Of a stretch of DNA of 64,000 bases, positions 1 through 12,700 are shown piece by piece. Each line of letters begins with the position of its first letter. Positions within the stretch are counted from its first letter, which is position 1. The stretch is taken from the NCBI GenBank assembly GCA_951406725.2, contig OX597814.1:179490001-179554000 (forward strand), read 5' to 3'. The stretch is from Octopus vulgaris. Taxonomy: Eukaryota. The position numbers and the translations under genes were made by a program. Under the pieces are notes generated by a model that was not told the DNA's origin, made no database searches, and worked only from the letters and a program-made list of their open reading frames with translations.

Positions 1-651
1 AGTCGACAATGTCGAACTGTGTAAATCTAGCGCTGCCTCTGTCCCAGTTGGCAATAAACCATGAGGTTACTCCATTGGTGCTGCGCCATAGATGTTCGTG
101 TGTCTTCTTATGTCATAATTAATCTCCTCAGTATATACTTACTCCTCTGGCCAATCTCGGACTTGGCCGGTTTGATCAGGCGGCATTTGAAGCAAGAGGC
201 ATTTGGATTTAGAGTACTATTCCTTGATAGTAAGATCAAGAAAAAAATGTACTCCATCTGGTGAGAGAGAAATATTATTTAATAAACACAATATATATCT
301 TTATAAGCTAGTATTAGTTTCATGCGATGAAACCAGCTCAGACAGCATTTTCTAACGCGTCTGGTGTCTTCATGCAATCTTTAGGCTGTACCTACATGAC
401 ATGACAAGCTAAAAACAAGACAATAGGATGAAAGAAAAAAACAAGAAAAGGCGATAAGGAAGTAGTTGTAAAAGGTGGACGGTTGGATAACCGGAAAACG
501 AAAAGGAAAACAGGAAAAGGCAAGGATAAAGTTAGAGTTATGCTCTATTTGTCCGAAAAGTCATAAGACTAAAAGGATAGTGGCCTAGTGTCTGCGGTAC
601 AGCTGCTCAGTTCGGAGAGGATGGTACTTTCCAAATAATACAGATAGACAT

Positions 652-689
<38 letters not shown>

Positions 690-801
690 CTACATATGCA
701 TATATGTATATATATATATAGATATATATATTATGCATACATATGTACACCTATATCTATATCTAACTACCTATATATATATATATATATATATACATAC
801 T

Positions 802-837
<36 letters not shown>

Positions 838-995
838 CTTGCACACATACATAGTTACATGCATACACAAATATACATATACACACATATGAGCATATAA
901 GGCGTAAAGAGAGGAGAGAGACAGCAAGAGAAAGAAATGGGAATCGCGATAGTTATGGCTTATTATATATAGCGTATAAAGAAAACTACACTCAC

Positions 996-1244
996 CGAGG
1001 CTGAGATTAAATCTTTCTTTTTATTTAACAATGGGAGAGGATGTCAAAGATATAAAGTTTCTTAGTGCTATATTAGTAAAAACAATTTCACACCATGCCT
1101 TATCTAATGCCTCCCTTGAGATTTTAGTTGTCTCTCTGTTGTCACTTAATTTTCAAATATGCTTTGATAGTGCTGTATTTTGTTTGAAATGGCAACGCCA
1201 GAATGCACTGAGCTCGTGCAGCCCACTGTGAAGAAGTGACAGAC
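996..1244 (-). other. candidate non-coding or stop-containing exon of the minus-strand host gene
   Basis: Minus strand shows acceptor tttatacag| at 1244 and a consensus donor CCTCG|gtgagt at 996. All three frames contain stops. No transcript evidence. Confidence 0.3.
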
Positions 1245-2149
1245 CTGTATAAATGTTGATGGGTAACCAGTGATAATGATAGAGATATCAGCAGAACATG
1301 AATTTTCTTAAGTCACTACTATTTTAGGTCTAAAACCGTTAATTTTGGTAAATGCATGTCAGCTCCATTCGTTCGAACATTGTTGCCAAATTGCTTTATG
1401 ACTTAAGGCTAGCAGAAACGTTCATCATACGTTTATTGTCATGATAATATTAATTTTGTCGGAAACATTCTTTAAGTTTCTGCCCATTCACGAAATTATG
1501 CTTTATTAGCACAAGGAAATATATTATACTGCTCCTGTTTACACAAAACAAAGGATTAAATGCATTCAAAAACAACATCCGGAAAATAACCCCCTTATAT
1601 TTATCAATATTTTCGAATTTAAATATAGAAACAAAGTTTACATATCAAGCAAAACGAATTTTAAAATGAAAAGCAGCAAAATTCTTCACAATTGCAGTTC
1701 AACAATGTATTCATACAAGGTATAGAAAGCACTTACAGCCATTAGCAATAGCATCAACAGCCACAAGACAATCAATCGTAACTCAATCAATGACATCAAC
1801 ACAAAGAGCCCATCATATAGATTATAACGTTATTTCCATGACAAAATTAAATGCCCCACAAACAAATCAGAATTCATCTCACAGAAAGATCTCAACAAAA
1901 ACTATAATCTCACACAAATTCAGACTCAGATATACTCTCAAATATTATTATTATTTTTTTTTTTTGTATAGTTGATAAAATGCCATGTGAAAAGAGGTCG
2001 CACAATTTCATTCTGGGGTGTAGGGGTGGAATCCCATAATTTACAATGAGATACAACTGCATGTAACATAAAAATTATATTCATTTATATATGAATTCGA
2101 TTATTATCCCTGCAAAAGTCACGATCTTTCATAAGTTATTAGTTTCGCT

Positions 2150-5100
2150 AGGAGACATATTAATAACATACTAAATGATCTGCAGATCCTGATGTAGACA
2201 CTTTTAAGCAATGATGCTTGCCTATATTGTTAGCACGAAGACATTTATGGGGTTGAACTATACAAAATTCAAATTTCATCAGGCTCAGTAAAATGGGCAC
2301 CACTGGTATTATCATTATTTTAGATCATTACATGGATAACTATAATAATTCCAAATAGCTGATGTTGGTGTGGAGCTGCCACCCCTACGAAATGAGAAAT
2401 TACATTATTCAGAAAATTAGGCTTGAAAATGTTAGCGGAAGAGAAAATGCAACAGTAAAATTCTTAACTATCGGTTTACACTGAACTCGAAATCCTTGAA
2501 GAAAATCTTTAATAACAGTTCTATATCGATAATCCCTTCTATCACAAACTGAATACCATCCAATCCTAGCATGAATATCTCCCTGAGAGTAGAACTTCCG
2601 AAAGAGATGCGAGGGTAAGTATAGAAAAAAATAAATTTCCGATCTCAGATTAAGTGAATCTACAGGGTGCTCACATTCTAATAGCACGGAACCATATAAC
2701 AGCAGTAGAGCGGTAGTTCAGTTACATTAATCCTGTGTTGCTTTGGTTTTAAAATTGATGGCGCCAAGGGTGTGTTGAATTACTATGTCAATCTCACTTT
2801 CAAAAAGATTAATCACCCTGTATTTCGAATTAGAAAGGACTATAATATATGAAAGGGAAACGAAATATAATTGATCTGCAACATTTAAAAAGTTTTTCAT
2901 AACAAAATGAGAAGAGTCACATAAATCCAATGCCGAACCCCAACATTAATCCTCAATTTCTCTATTTACTCATGGCAAGTACCTCCAAAAGTTCCATCCT
3001 TTTTGTAGCAAGTCCATTCACGCAATCTAGTCTTAGGATTCTCATTGATCTTTCGATAAGTTCTTGTTATACAGACTGTACTTTACTGATTACGTTCACT
3101 CGTCACTTTAAGTAGTATTTGTAGAAAATGAGAGATTGACTGAAGAAGTATATTCATTTCCTCAGCCATCTCAATCTTGTTCTCAACACTAACTCCTTCA
3201 CCAAAACCATCCGAAAGGTGAACTCTACCTGCCTTTAAGGAGCAATACACTCAAAACTAGGCAACAACTATTTGATGTAAATTCACAAATCAGTAGGTAA
3301 ATTATTTCTTGTGTCTGTAAAAGCGATCTCAAATCTGCAATATTTACAGTCAACACTACCACAATTCGTATTTTAGATGTAGTCAATAGCCAACATCGAG
3401 CTAATGCTCCATAGAAATAGAATGTTAAATTGTTTCTCATCGATGTCTAGAACACCATTAAGGAAATGAACACCCATGCCCACTACCAATCCTCTATACG
3501 AGAAAATACTGGACTTCCAAACATCTGCATTCATCAGCTGGTATAGAAATGAGATAGTTCCATATAATAAATGAAGTAGTTCCATATAATAAATACTGTT
3601 TAGTTTATGCCTGATCCAAGACAATAACTTCGTCAAAGGGAGGAGTTATGAAAATATCTGTCTCGCTAGGAGTAATCGTTTGTAACGTTTAAGAACTGGT
3701 TTTGCTGTTTTGGCTATTTTCTTAACATAATCGTGTACATTTTCCCAAACTCTAGGCACATTCGGAGTGGGAAACAAAGACTTTCTGCACAGCGGATATC
3801 AACACTCAAAAAGCCAAAGAAAAGTCACCCCATTCTAATTAGATGCAACCTTGGGTAAAGCATAGATCAATCAAGTATTGATCCCTCAATAAATCACGGA
3901 TGCTATTTAAGTGTTTGATATATTGCTTTCACCATCTCAACTTTCAATGACACCATTTTCTATACTCCATTTTTTTATACATTTAAAGGTTTGGATCAGA
4001 GCACCTTAACTGGACAATCGGTCCGACAATTGACACAGGATGGCGTGGACTTGCCCTCCAAATGCTGTGTAACTTTGACTAATTCGTGCCTACTGTACCA
4101 CCCATATTCCTTTATTATGATGGTGATTGTGTCGATCTTCAAGATGGTTGATCACATGATCGTTGCGTTGTTTGTATAACCGGACACATTGAACCTGCGT
4201 TCTAGTTAATTTGAAATGACCCCATTTTCTGTTTATTGGGCAGAATAGTGTATAATTTTTGTGGTGTTCATATCGTTGGCTTTGAGTATATATCAAGGAA
4301 TTTCGTTTAGAGTGAAGGATTTGAAGCCTATAAGGTTTAGTTGGGGTATACATTTCGCAAAATAATTTATTTATGTCATTCAGAAAAACATTACTATAAA
4401 TAAAATATTCGTCAATTTCTTTCAGACATCTTGAACATTCGATCATGACTAACTGAGATTATGCAACAACAACATCTCAGTTCCGACATTTATAGCCCTC
4501 AGAAAAATATGACCGTTTCACTATTGAATTCTCTTTTGTTTGTAAATGAAGAAACGAGCTGATATTAAAAAGAAATGAATATTGATGAAGAGTAGTTTTG
4601 TAATTGATATAAACAAATTGTAAGCTACTCAGGAGTACCAATGAAGAATGATTTTCTCTTCTGATTACTGTACAGATTTATCTTCATTTTTTTATAGTAA
4701 AATATTTGTTAAAGAACTGAAGGATACACAATCATACTTCTAACTACTTTCTTCAAATTTATACTCTTGTGTTATTATTTCTTTTCTTTCTATTTTTCTA
4801 TACAAACTCTACAAGTAATTTAGTCTGTCATAGAATAAGCTGAAAGTATTTTGCTTTCCTTATTTGTCGAGTTGAAAATTTTCACAGATTTGAAACTACT
4901 TGCGATCAGAGAAGTTGATTGAATTCATTTCCCTCAAGCTAAAATCCCCTAAGCCATTATCTTCTCTAGGTTGGTGTTAGTTTTTCATACAGAAAATGTA
5001 CTATATGAAACTGTAAGGATGGGCATAATAGATTCAAGGTATTGGTGGTTCCAAGGTATTTAATCTTAAGCTAGAATTCTGATTTTCTATGTTTCCTGAA

Positions 5101-5170
5101 GATGAAATTTCTGCTAAAATCAGCTTTACCTTCCCCTATAGTGGTATAAATAAATGCCATTATTATGTGC
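2150..5170 (-). pseudogene. decayed long intronless ORF of unknown family (copy A)
   Basis: Non-repetitive stretch with chained minus-strand ORF pieces (4090-4446, 3373-3636, 2727-2930, 2409-2687) broken by stops and frameshifts. Colinear peptide matches to 30330-33650. Ends approximate. Confidence 0.5.
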
Positions 5171-5854
5171 TTCGACGTATTTGACTCTCTTCACCTCATT
5201 TCGAAATTTGTTTCTACTGCCTGGGAAAAATCAATTATTGATATAATAGAATAGAAAAAAAGTGATAAACAAAAGACAACATTGCGAGATGCCCTCTCCT
5301 TTATAATTTAATTGTTACTCCCCATCTCTGTGGACAGTATTTTAATCAAGAAACTATTTTCCATTACATGTATTTGGTCAACTGTAAAACATATAACGTT
5401 GATCTAATAATATCATTAAATCTATAAATTAAATCATTATTCACGCCAGTCTAAGAAATCCTTTCGATATAAACACAGTAACACTCTACAACGCATACTC
5501 ATGAATTCAAATATACAACAGAATACACAATTATCACTATTTTTAGAAAATTCTGATGATAATCAGATTAAATTTAAACATTGATTTATTTTGACTAGGC
5601 ACAGAGCCGAAAATCTTATAAACGTTAAACATTTCCAATAAAATCATGTGGATATTACTTTCAAGATAGAACACTTGGGAAAGGCTAGTGAGACAGCAGC
5701 TAATTCTCGCTGGAACGAAATCCAATGGTCCGTTTCAGTTATTAATTAGAATGTCTTCATTTCTGTACAAATGACTTTGGGAAAGAATATGAAAATTAAA
5801 AAAAATCAACTTTTGTTTGACACGACGTATTTACATATTGTTGATAGCCATCAA

Positions 5855-5920
<66 letters not shown>

Positions 5921-6049
5921 GAGAGAGAGACTCTGTGTGTGTATTATTGTGTTTTATTTTAACAATATCACACACTCAAAACCGTGCATGCAGACACAGA
6001 GACACACAAGCGCGCCTACATAAGCACGCACACACACACAAGCTCTTAT

Positions 6050-7240
6050 ATACTCCATGTTTCAAATTATTAGCAAGGTGTAATTAAATCTCATGTAAAC
6101 AAGAAAATGCCAATTTAACTGTGTGATGTACATATTAAAATGAATACATAGAGTCTTAAACATGGAAGAAATAGAAATAAACAAATAAACAATGTTCAAA
6201 ATGATAAGTAAGCTGGTTAGTAAGGGATGTAGGAGCGTTTGTCTCAAAATAAGTTGAAAAAGGCGTTGATTCTTGGAGCATGCTAATTTCTGGCTCTCCT
6301 CTGATGTTATACTACACGATACATCAACTATTGCCTGCCACAGTTCATCCTTGCTCCTAAATTGGCATCCATTTTTGCAAACACGTCGCTTTAAAATGCT
6401 CCACGCATTTTCTATTGGGTTTAAGTTGGGGAAACAGGCAGGTCACTTCATCTTTCCGAGGTCCACAAAAACCTAATTGTTGCAGATATCTGTAGTTCTC
6501 TTCGTTACGTGCAAGGGTGCATTATCTTCCATGAATATTATGGTTGTCCTAATGTGATTCTTTGCTGTTTAATTCAAGGTTCAAGGTGTTCCCTCAGAAA
6601 GGCTATGGAAGCATCCGCAATCATTTTGATACTTTCAGGGACTTTCCAGTGACCTAGCATAATACCTCTAACAATCATACCTCCTCCCCCATGTTTGCGT
6701 CCCTTGCTCCAACCATCAGATCCATCACGAGTAGAACGAGTTTCGTCCGTAAAGAAAACTTTTGTAAAGTTGACCTCCATGTTATCTTCTGCCCATTTCA
6801 CGCGTTTCTGTATATGTATTTTGCTTAAAGGAGGCCTTGTAACTGATGTCACTGGTGTACCGACCTTTTTCAGAATATGACACTTGGTAGTTCTGGACAT
6901 AGTTGTTTCGCAAATGCGCTTGAAAACTTCTACATTTGTAAAACCTGGTTTCTTGACGCCTAATTCGTGACAGAGAACGTAGGGAAACAGCCATCAACAG
7001 AACTTTGTCGGTTCTCTAACGTATCTCCATATTTTCACAGCTTGGTGATATCTTGCAGTTATTTCAGAAATTTCTAACGTCGATTTACCTATTGCAAGTT
7101 CAGAGGTAATACCTGATTTCTCTGAAGCACTTAGGATACATTTACGACCCATAATTGCACGATTATCAGTCCTCTCGTAAAAATTTGGAACAAGGAAAGT
7201 TAGTGGAAATCTTACATATTTGCCGCAAAACTTCAATATA
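6050..7240 (-). mobile_element. decayed Tc1-like DNA transposon
   Basis: ORF 6574-6900 contains RPPLSKIHIQKRVKWAEDNMEVNFTKVFFTDETRSTRDGSDGWSKG (Tc1 pre-catalytic region with the first Asp, FTDE). An HTH-like N-terminus lies in 6994-7236. Frameshifted. Confidence 0.85.
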
Positions 7241-7465
7241 CATATGAGTTACATATGTATGTACACAAATGCACATCCTGTCTGTCAAACACATCTACGC
7301 CTGCAGATATATAAACGTATATACATACGTATATGTATGAAGGAACGAAACAAGTACAACAGATAGAGTTTTACACTCGTATAAATACAATCATTCGTAC
7401 ACATGTGTATATGCACGCACATATATTTGTTCCGTTTTTGGATCCTTCCCCCAAGTATATATGCA

Positions 7466-7506
<41 letters not shown>

Positions 7507-7552
7507 GCACACATACATATATATATACATACATGCATACATACATACATTC

Positions 7553-7745
7553 AGATTACAAGTTCAGGTTTATACCTGTAATTATTGTGGTCCTGGGATA
7601 TGTAACACACTGTCTATACATCAATCTCGAGAAATTAGACTTTTCAAAACCAGAAAGGAGAAAAGTAATTCGAAGTCTACAGATCCAAGCCAACACTGGA
7701 GCTGTAAAAATCTGCAAAACTTTCCAGTAGTTTATCATTTAAATA
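7553..7745 (+). mobile_element. 3' fragment of an RLE-type (R4/Dong-like) LINE
   Basis: DYKFRFIPVIIVVLGYVTHCLYINLEKLDFSKPERRKVIRSLQIQANTGAVKICKTF matches the C-terminal PIIIGALG...LQ...GT pattern of RLE non-LTR retrotransposons. Confidence 0.65.
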
Positions 7746-7927
7746 TATGAGGATGTCTATATATATAACTCTATGCATGAGAAAACATACAAATCTGCAC
7801 ATACATACATACATACATACATACATACATACATACATACATACATACATACATACAAGTTGCATTATTTTCAATTGTAATAAGTGTCGCGTTTCTGTCG
7901 TTGTCCCTCCTGGCCTGCAACTGGTAC

Positions 7928-8012
7928 CTGTCATATCTGGTAGCACTCCCGAAATTACCGACTGTACGCTTCGCTTAAATTCCAGTGGCATTTCGTTATC
8001 CTTTATCCACAC
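7928..8012 (-). CDS. candidate internal coding exon (phase 0 to 1), VWIKDNEMPLEFKRSVQSVISGVLPDMT
   Basis: Acceptor atatttcag|GTG and donor ACAG|gtacca. 85 nt; only frame 0 is open; unique sequence. In phase with the exon at 8504-8551. Confidence 0.6.
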
Positions 8013-8503
8013 CTGAAATATTATCGGGTTTATGATTTCCTGTTCGCACGAGCCATGGTTTACATATTTAACAATAAAATGAATGGAAAGAACGGAAAGA
8101 ATCAATAAGAAAGATGGCTGAGATGCTTTGAGCTTCAGTTCATAAAACGAAGGTTCAAATGTAATAAAGGAACAATATGAGTTCTGTACGTAGCAGGTTG
8201 GGTAGTTTCTGTTATTGTATGTAGCTGAGAGAAATGGAGAAATGAGAGGGAGAGGAGAGGGAGAGAAAAAGAGAGGTAGTAAATAATATGTGTGCTTGTT
8301 ACTGTAATAAAATCTTATATTATTTGGAGCTATCTCGCTTATTTTGTAGACTCCTCATATTTGGCGATTCTAGTCTTCCACAACAGTTGATATTGAATAG
8401 CACCAGGTGAGAACACCCAACTGCCTTGTTGCCTTTCTTTTTTCTTTTTTCTTTCTTCTTTTGTTATTTGTCCGCTGTTATTCTATCTGTTGTTCGCACC
8501 TAC

Positions 8504-8551
8504 CTGTGACTGTTGATCCACCGCTATGAATCCACTATGTTTTAGTTTATC
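8504..8551 (-). CDS. candidate 48-nt internal coding exon (phase 0 to 0), DKLKHSGFIAVDQQSQ
   Basis: Acceptor tttgttccag|GAT and strong donor CAG|gtaggt. Open and symmetric; joins 7928-8012 in frame across a 491-nt intron. Confidence 0.55.
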
Positions 8552-8582
8552 CTGGAACAAATTCTATAGGACATGTCTGCAG

Positions 8583-8590
8583 TGACGTCA
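8583..8590. promoter_or_regulatory. perfect CRE palindrome TGACGTCA
   Basis: Exact CREB/ATF consensus about 30 bp upstream (minus strand) of the 48-nt exon, in a CpG-poor background. An 8-mer can occur by chance. Confidence 0.25.
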
Positions 8591-8939
8591 CCACTCGAGA
8601 AATGAATCTGATTTTCGCTTATGAGATGATTCAAACCGTTGAATATCCTGTTATTTACAAAGAATTTTTTTATTTAAAATAAGAGAACTGTTCAAATCAG
8701 TGATTGGACATATTACACACATCAACGGAAGGTTTTTAATATAACAACCATGAATAGGAAACATGTCCGAACACATCAGTGCATGACTTTTAAAATAACA
8801 CATCGCGAATATAAGAATAACAATATTCATTGGTAGTGGATGGTTCCTGTGGGTGTGTACTTTTCAAAATAACGTTTGATTATTGCAAATTATTTTCTTT
8901 TTTATCCTAGAGAATATGTTAGTAAGTCTTAATATAATA

Positions 8940-9155
8940 GTAATGGCCAGAGAGCCATGATAAATCGGTAGCCACTACACACATTTTTTTCTCTCCTTGT
9001 TTCTCTCCTTGTGTTTTCCTGTGTCCCTTTCTGTAGAAGAGCGTAGGCTCGAAACGTAAAAGACTTTTTTCAATTCATGAGCGTTATACTAATACATCTG
9101 TTTGTTTTATACATCACCTGTCTTCGTCTTTTGTTTTTTTCGCGAAATCTCCCTA
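8940..9155 (+). mobile_element. short non-autonomous element carrying a variant minimal hammerhead (Penelope pLTR-like)
   Basis: cttt CTGTAGA a gagc-gtag-gctc GAAAC GTA aaag at 9027-9062. A homologous copy lies on the minus strand at 34863-35060. Confidence 0.55.
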
Positions 9156-9585
9156 ATATATTTATAATATTGACGATTATCAACAGGAATACTCAATCAA
9201 ACATTTATTAAATTACTCATTTAAGTACGTAGTACCAAACATCGTAATTGACAGAAACTTCATTATGTGTATCAGTGAGCAATTTCATTATCATAGACGC
9301 AGTGACGCGTACAAGCAGGGATGTATCCTCATATATATTAACAAGTTTTTCTAACTTTGGCACTAGATCAGAATAGTGGGCGATGCGGAATGTTTGTTAT
9401 ATCAGCCCATTGCATAAAAAGTACTTTCGGTCATTGACCCAAAAAAGCAATGTTGATTTGGAAAGATAAAACATTTGAAGATAGTTTGTGCGAGGCGTCA
9501 ATGATTTTGCAACTCAGTCAATTTTTAACTGTATTTATTAAATAATATGAAAACCCGAATGTTTCACATATATGTATATGAAAAA

Positions 9586-9882
9586 GGTGCAAGGCTCAGA
9601 GATTAAAGAGTTAGGCTCACAATAATGTGTTGTGTTCTTGAGCAGGAAACTTTATTTTACGTTACTACAGTTCCTTCATCTGTAGAAATGTATTGCGACG
9701 TCACAAGTTCCAAGCTGTATCTGTCATTGCCTTTTCTTTGGATAACATCGGTGTGGTGGAGAGGTGAGGTGAGGCGGATGTGCATGAGAGATTTCTAGTC
9801 TTTCATAAACAACCTTGTATGGACCTGTGCCTCGAGGTGCAATCTTATAGTCATTCATGACCGAAGGCGATCTTTACTCTCT
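9586..9882 (+). mobile_element. decayed tRNA-derived SINE
   Basis: gtgttcttgagcaggaaactttattttacgtt...tgcgacgtcac...ggataacatcggtg matches the reverse complement of 25870-26150. Confidence 0.75.
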
Positions 9883-9981
9883 ATATATACATACACACAC
9901 ACATACATATATATATGTATGTATGTATGTGTGTTTGTATGTATGTATGTATGTATGTATGTATGTATGTATGTATGTATG

Positions 9982-10031
<50 letters not shown>

Positions 10032-10039
<8 letters not shown>

Positions 10040-10185
10040 TCTCATAAGCAAGGGCTAAAGAAAGTTTTCTAAAGCCAATATACTGAAATCCACGTTTAAT
10101 CTACTTGCTACAGTAGATTAAACGTGGATTTCAGTATATTGGCTTTAGAAAACTTTCTTTAGCCCTTGCTTATAAGATATTTATA
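10032..10185. repeat. near-perfect inverted repeat, ~74-bp arms with 6-nt loop
   Basis: 10032-10105 is the reverse complement of 10112-10185 with one mismatch; loop tgctac. Confidence 0.95.
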
Positions 10186-10470
10186 ATTTTAACCGTAAAG
10201 GTTCTTTTAATATACTGCCACAATTCCTGATGGAGTTTTTTTCTGTAGAGAAAAAGGCTACATCCCTTTTAATAGTAGTAAACTAATTATTGCTTGCTGC
10301 AGGGGTACTTGTAACCACTACAATATGTAGCGGCGGCAAGTCAACAGGTTGTTCTGAGACTTAACCTACGAACTTTTATTTTTGGATATAATGGGATTAC
10401 TCAGATGTGCTTGTGTTATTCGCTTCCGCTGTTTTCCAGGGGCACGTGTGAGTATCTCACTTATATTCTC

Positions 10471-10543
10471 TCGTAAGCTTAACTGAAGACGAACGAACAC
10501 TTATAGTGTTGATTCCGAAATTGATTCAATATTAAGATAACGA
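10471..10543 (+). ncRNA. type I hammerhead ribozyme
   Basis: Stem I cttaa/ttaag (extended by tcgt/acga), core CTGAAGA (10483-10489), stem II gaa..aacac-ttata-gtgtt..ttc, GAAA (10517-10520), stem III attga/tcaat, AUA cleavage triplet. Confidence 0.7.
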
Positions 10544-10612
<69 letters not shown>

Positions 10613-10785
10613 TATATATGTGTGTCCGTGTGTGTGTATGTATTAGAGTGGCTCTTATTTTTCAACTTTCTACAAGTTTAACTCCCACGCCACATACTAT
10701 CATGTTCCAATTAACCAAATAAAAACATCATTTTTTTGCGGGAAACGTTTTGCATAAGCAAATAAAACCTATATCCCATTATATA

Positions 10786-10835
<50 letters not shown>

Positions 10836-10845
10836 TATTTGTGTA

Positions 10846-11092
10846 AGAAGAAGAAGAAGAAGAAGAATGCGGAAGTTGTATGGTAGTAACAGAATATTGG
10901 TGGAATCCTATTAAATGATCTAGTGACCCATTGTGGTTTTAATAGTAGGCTACTTGACCATTTAAGAGGATTCCACCAACATTCTACTGCTGTCAAACCA
11001 CTCCTGCATTTGTCTTCTTCTTCTTCTTCTTCTTCTTCTTCTTCTTCTTCTTCTTCTTCTTCTTCTTCTTCTTCTTCTTCTTCTTCTTCTTC
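10846..11092. repeat. imperfect fold-back with (GAA)n and (TTC)n outer arms
   Basis: agaatattggtggaatcctattaaatg pairs with catttaagaggattccaccaacattct. Complementary trinucleotide tracts flank both sides. Confidence 0.8.
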
Positions 11093-11411
11093 GCCTCCTT
11101 TCCCAACTATTACTGCTGCTTAAACAATCAAAACCAAGAATTCATATCAAATTTTAAGACTACTACTAACTGCTACCTACTACCAAGAACTCACATGAGT
11201 AAAAAAGAGAGACAGACAGAAAAAAAGAAAATGTTACTTGCAATTGAAAACTAAGGAAATATTTTTAAAAAAACATTTCATCTAATTTTTCCACAATTTA
11301 ATTGTTTTTCATGCTTTACTCTAAGTTGAAAAAATCGCAAAGGCTGAAACCGGTACTAAAATGTTCTTCATGATAAAATTATTTTAGAATTTCCTATCTT
11401 GTCTTATTTTC

Positions 11412-11461
<50 letters not shown>

Positions 11462-12019
11462 TATAGTTACTAACATTCTCGCACAAAGATTCGGTTTCTT
11501 CGAAAGGGTAAATCCTAATTTTTCGGTATTAAGAAGTTTGTGTACCTTCTACAAAATTTAATTTGGTTATACATTAGAGTAATAGTTCCACATGTAGGAA
11601 CATTTTTCAATACCCACATCGTAGAACCCATCCATATGATTATCTAAAACTTTCTAGAATAAATTTTAAATGTTGAAAATTAAATCGAACTTTTGAAATA
11701 ACGAGCCCATGAAAGAATTTAGACCGTCAGGAAATACTAAACACATTTTCCTGGAATACGCTCTACCGCCTTATAAAAGAACGGACATTGAATAATACAA
11801 ATCTTGGTATATAAATGATCGTAGAGCTGAGTGACTTTGTTTTTAACCATCTTTCAAACTAAATTGTGTAATGCTTCTTTTATAAGGATTTACAGACAGG
11901 CATTCAAAGAAACAAAGTCTTTCTATTTCGGTCTGAGAATATACAAAATATCTTAGAAAGCCCCAAACAGAGCACAGTATTATTTTGTATTTGTTTAATT
12001 ATAAATAAATAATGCATTT

Positions 12020-12700
12020 AAACAATTAGGAGATCATGTACATGATGATCATGGCTGTTTCCACGATGAATATTCAGCTGTTCAATCAACTGAACTATCC
12101 CCTTTATTGAATTATCATGTGTCTGTCTGAGTATTCTAAAGATATGTGTACCTTAGTATAATTCTCAAGCCTAATCAGCATAAAAAAAATTGTTGCAATA
12201 CTGACCCTTGAATTACAGGTACAATACATCTGGCAGTGTCCCCATTGTTTTTTCCTACCATATTTTATTCCCGAGTTTTCAGACCAACTGCGGTTGTGAT
12301 AAAGTACATTTATGCAAGATGTCACACAATCTAGCCGCAATGATTGTGAAGTAAATCTCTTAACACGGCGATGTTTATGTCTACACAATAGTGGAAGAAA
12401 GTATCATTTTTCATATCTGAATGATTTGGAGTGAATCTATTTTGATATCCAATTTAAGCTTCTTGCATTACCATAATACTCTTAAAATTTTCATAAAATC
12501 ATAAATTTGGAAAATCCAAATATGTATTGATTTCTTACATAGAAAAAATTGTCTGCCATAATTTATATAAAAACATTTAAATTGTTAAGAATTCATATTC
12601 AACATATTTCTATACCAAAATATTGTGGTAAGCTGTTGTTGAAGACGATCGTCGTACTACTTTCGATGCAAGGCATATCAACTTCACTTAATCACGTCCA
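12020..12700 (-). mobile_element. heavily decayed LINE reverse-transcriptase remnant
   Basis: Frameshifted VPVIQGSVLQQFF...EYSDRHMII resembles the PQGSVL...YADD motifs. Very degraded. Confidence 0.35.

Noticed and set aside
3425-3480. HFLNGVLDIDEKQF resembling the D5_N primase-helicase motif (Polinton or large DNA virus)
   Set aside because: No SF3 Walker A found downstream, and the paralogous copy near 30800 does not keep the motif.
4210-4245. NRKWGHF resembling the mononegaviral L protein RxWGHP motif, also echoed by KQWGHC near 12240
   Set aside because: No KERE or GDNQ polymerase motifs at the expected spacing. The 12 kb region reads better as a decayed LINE RT.
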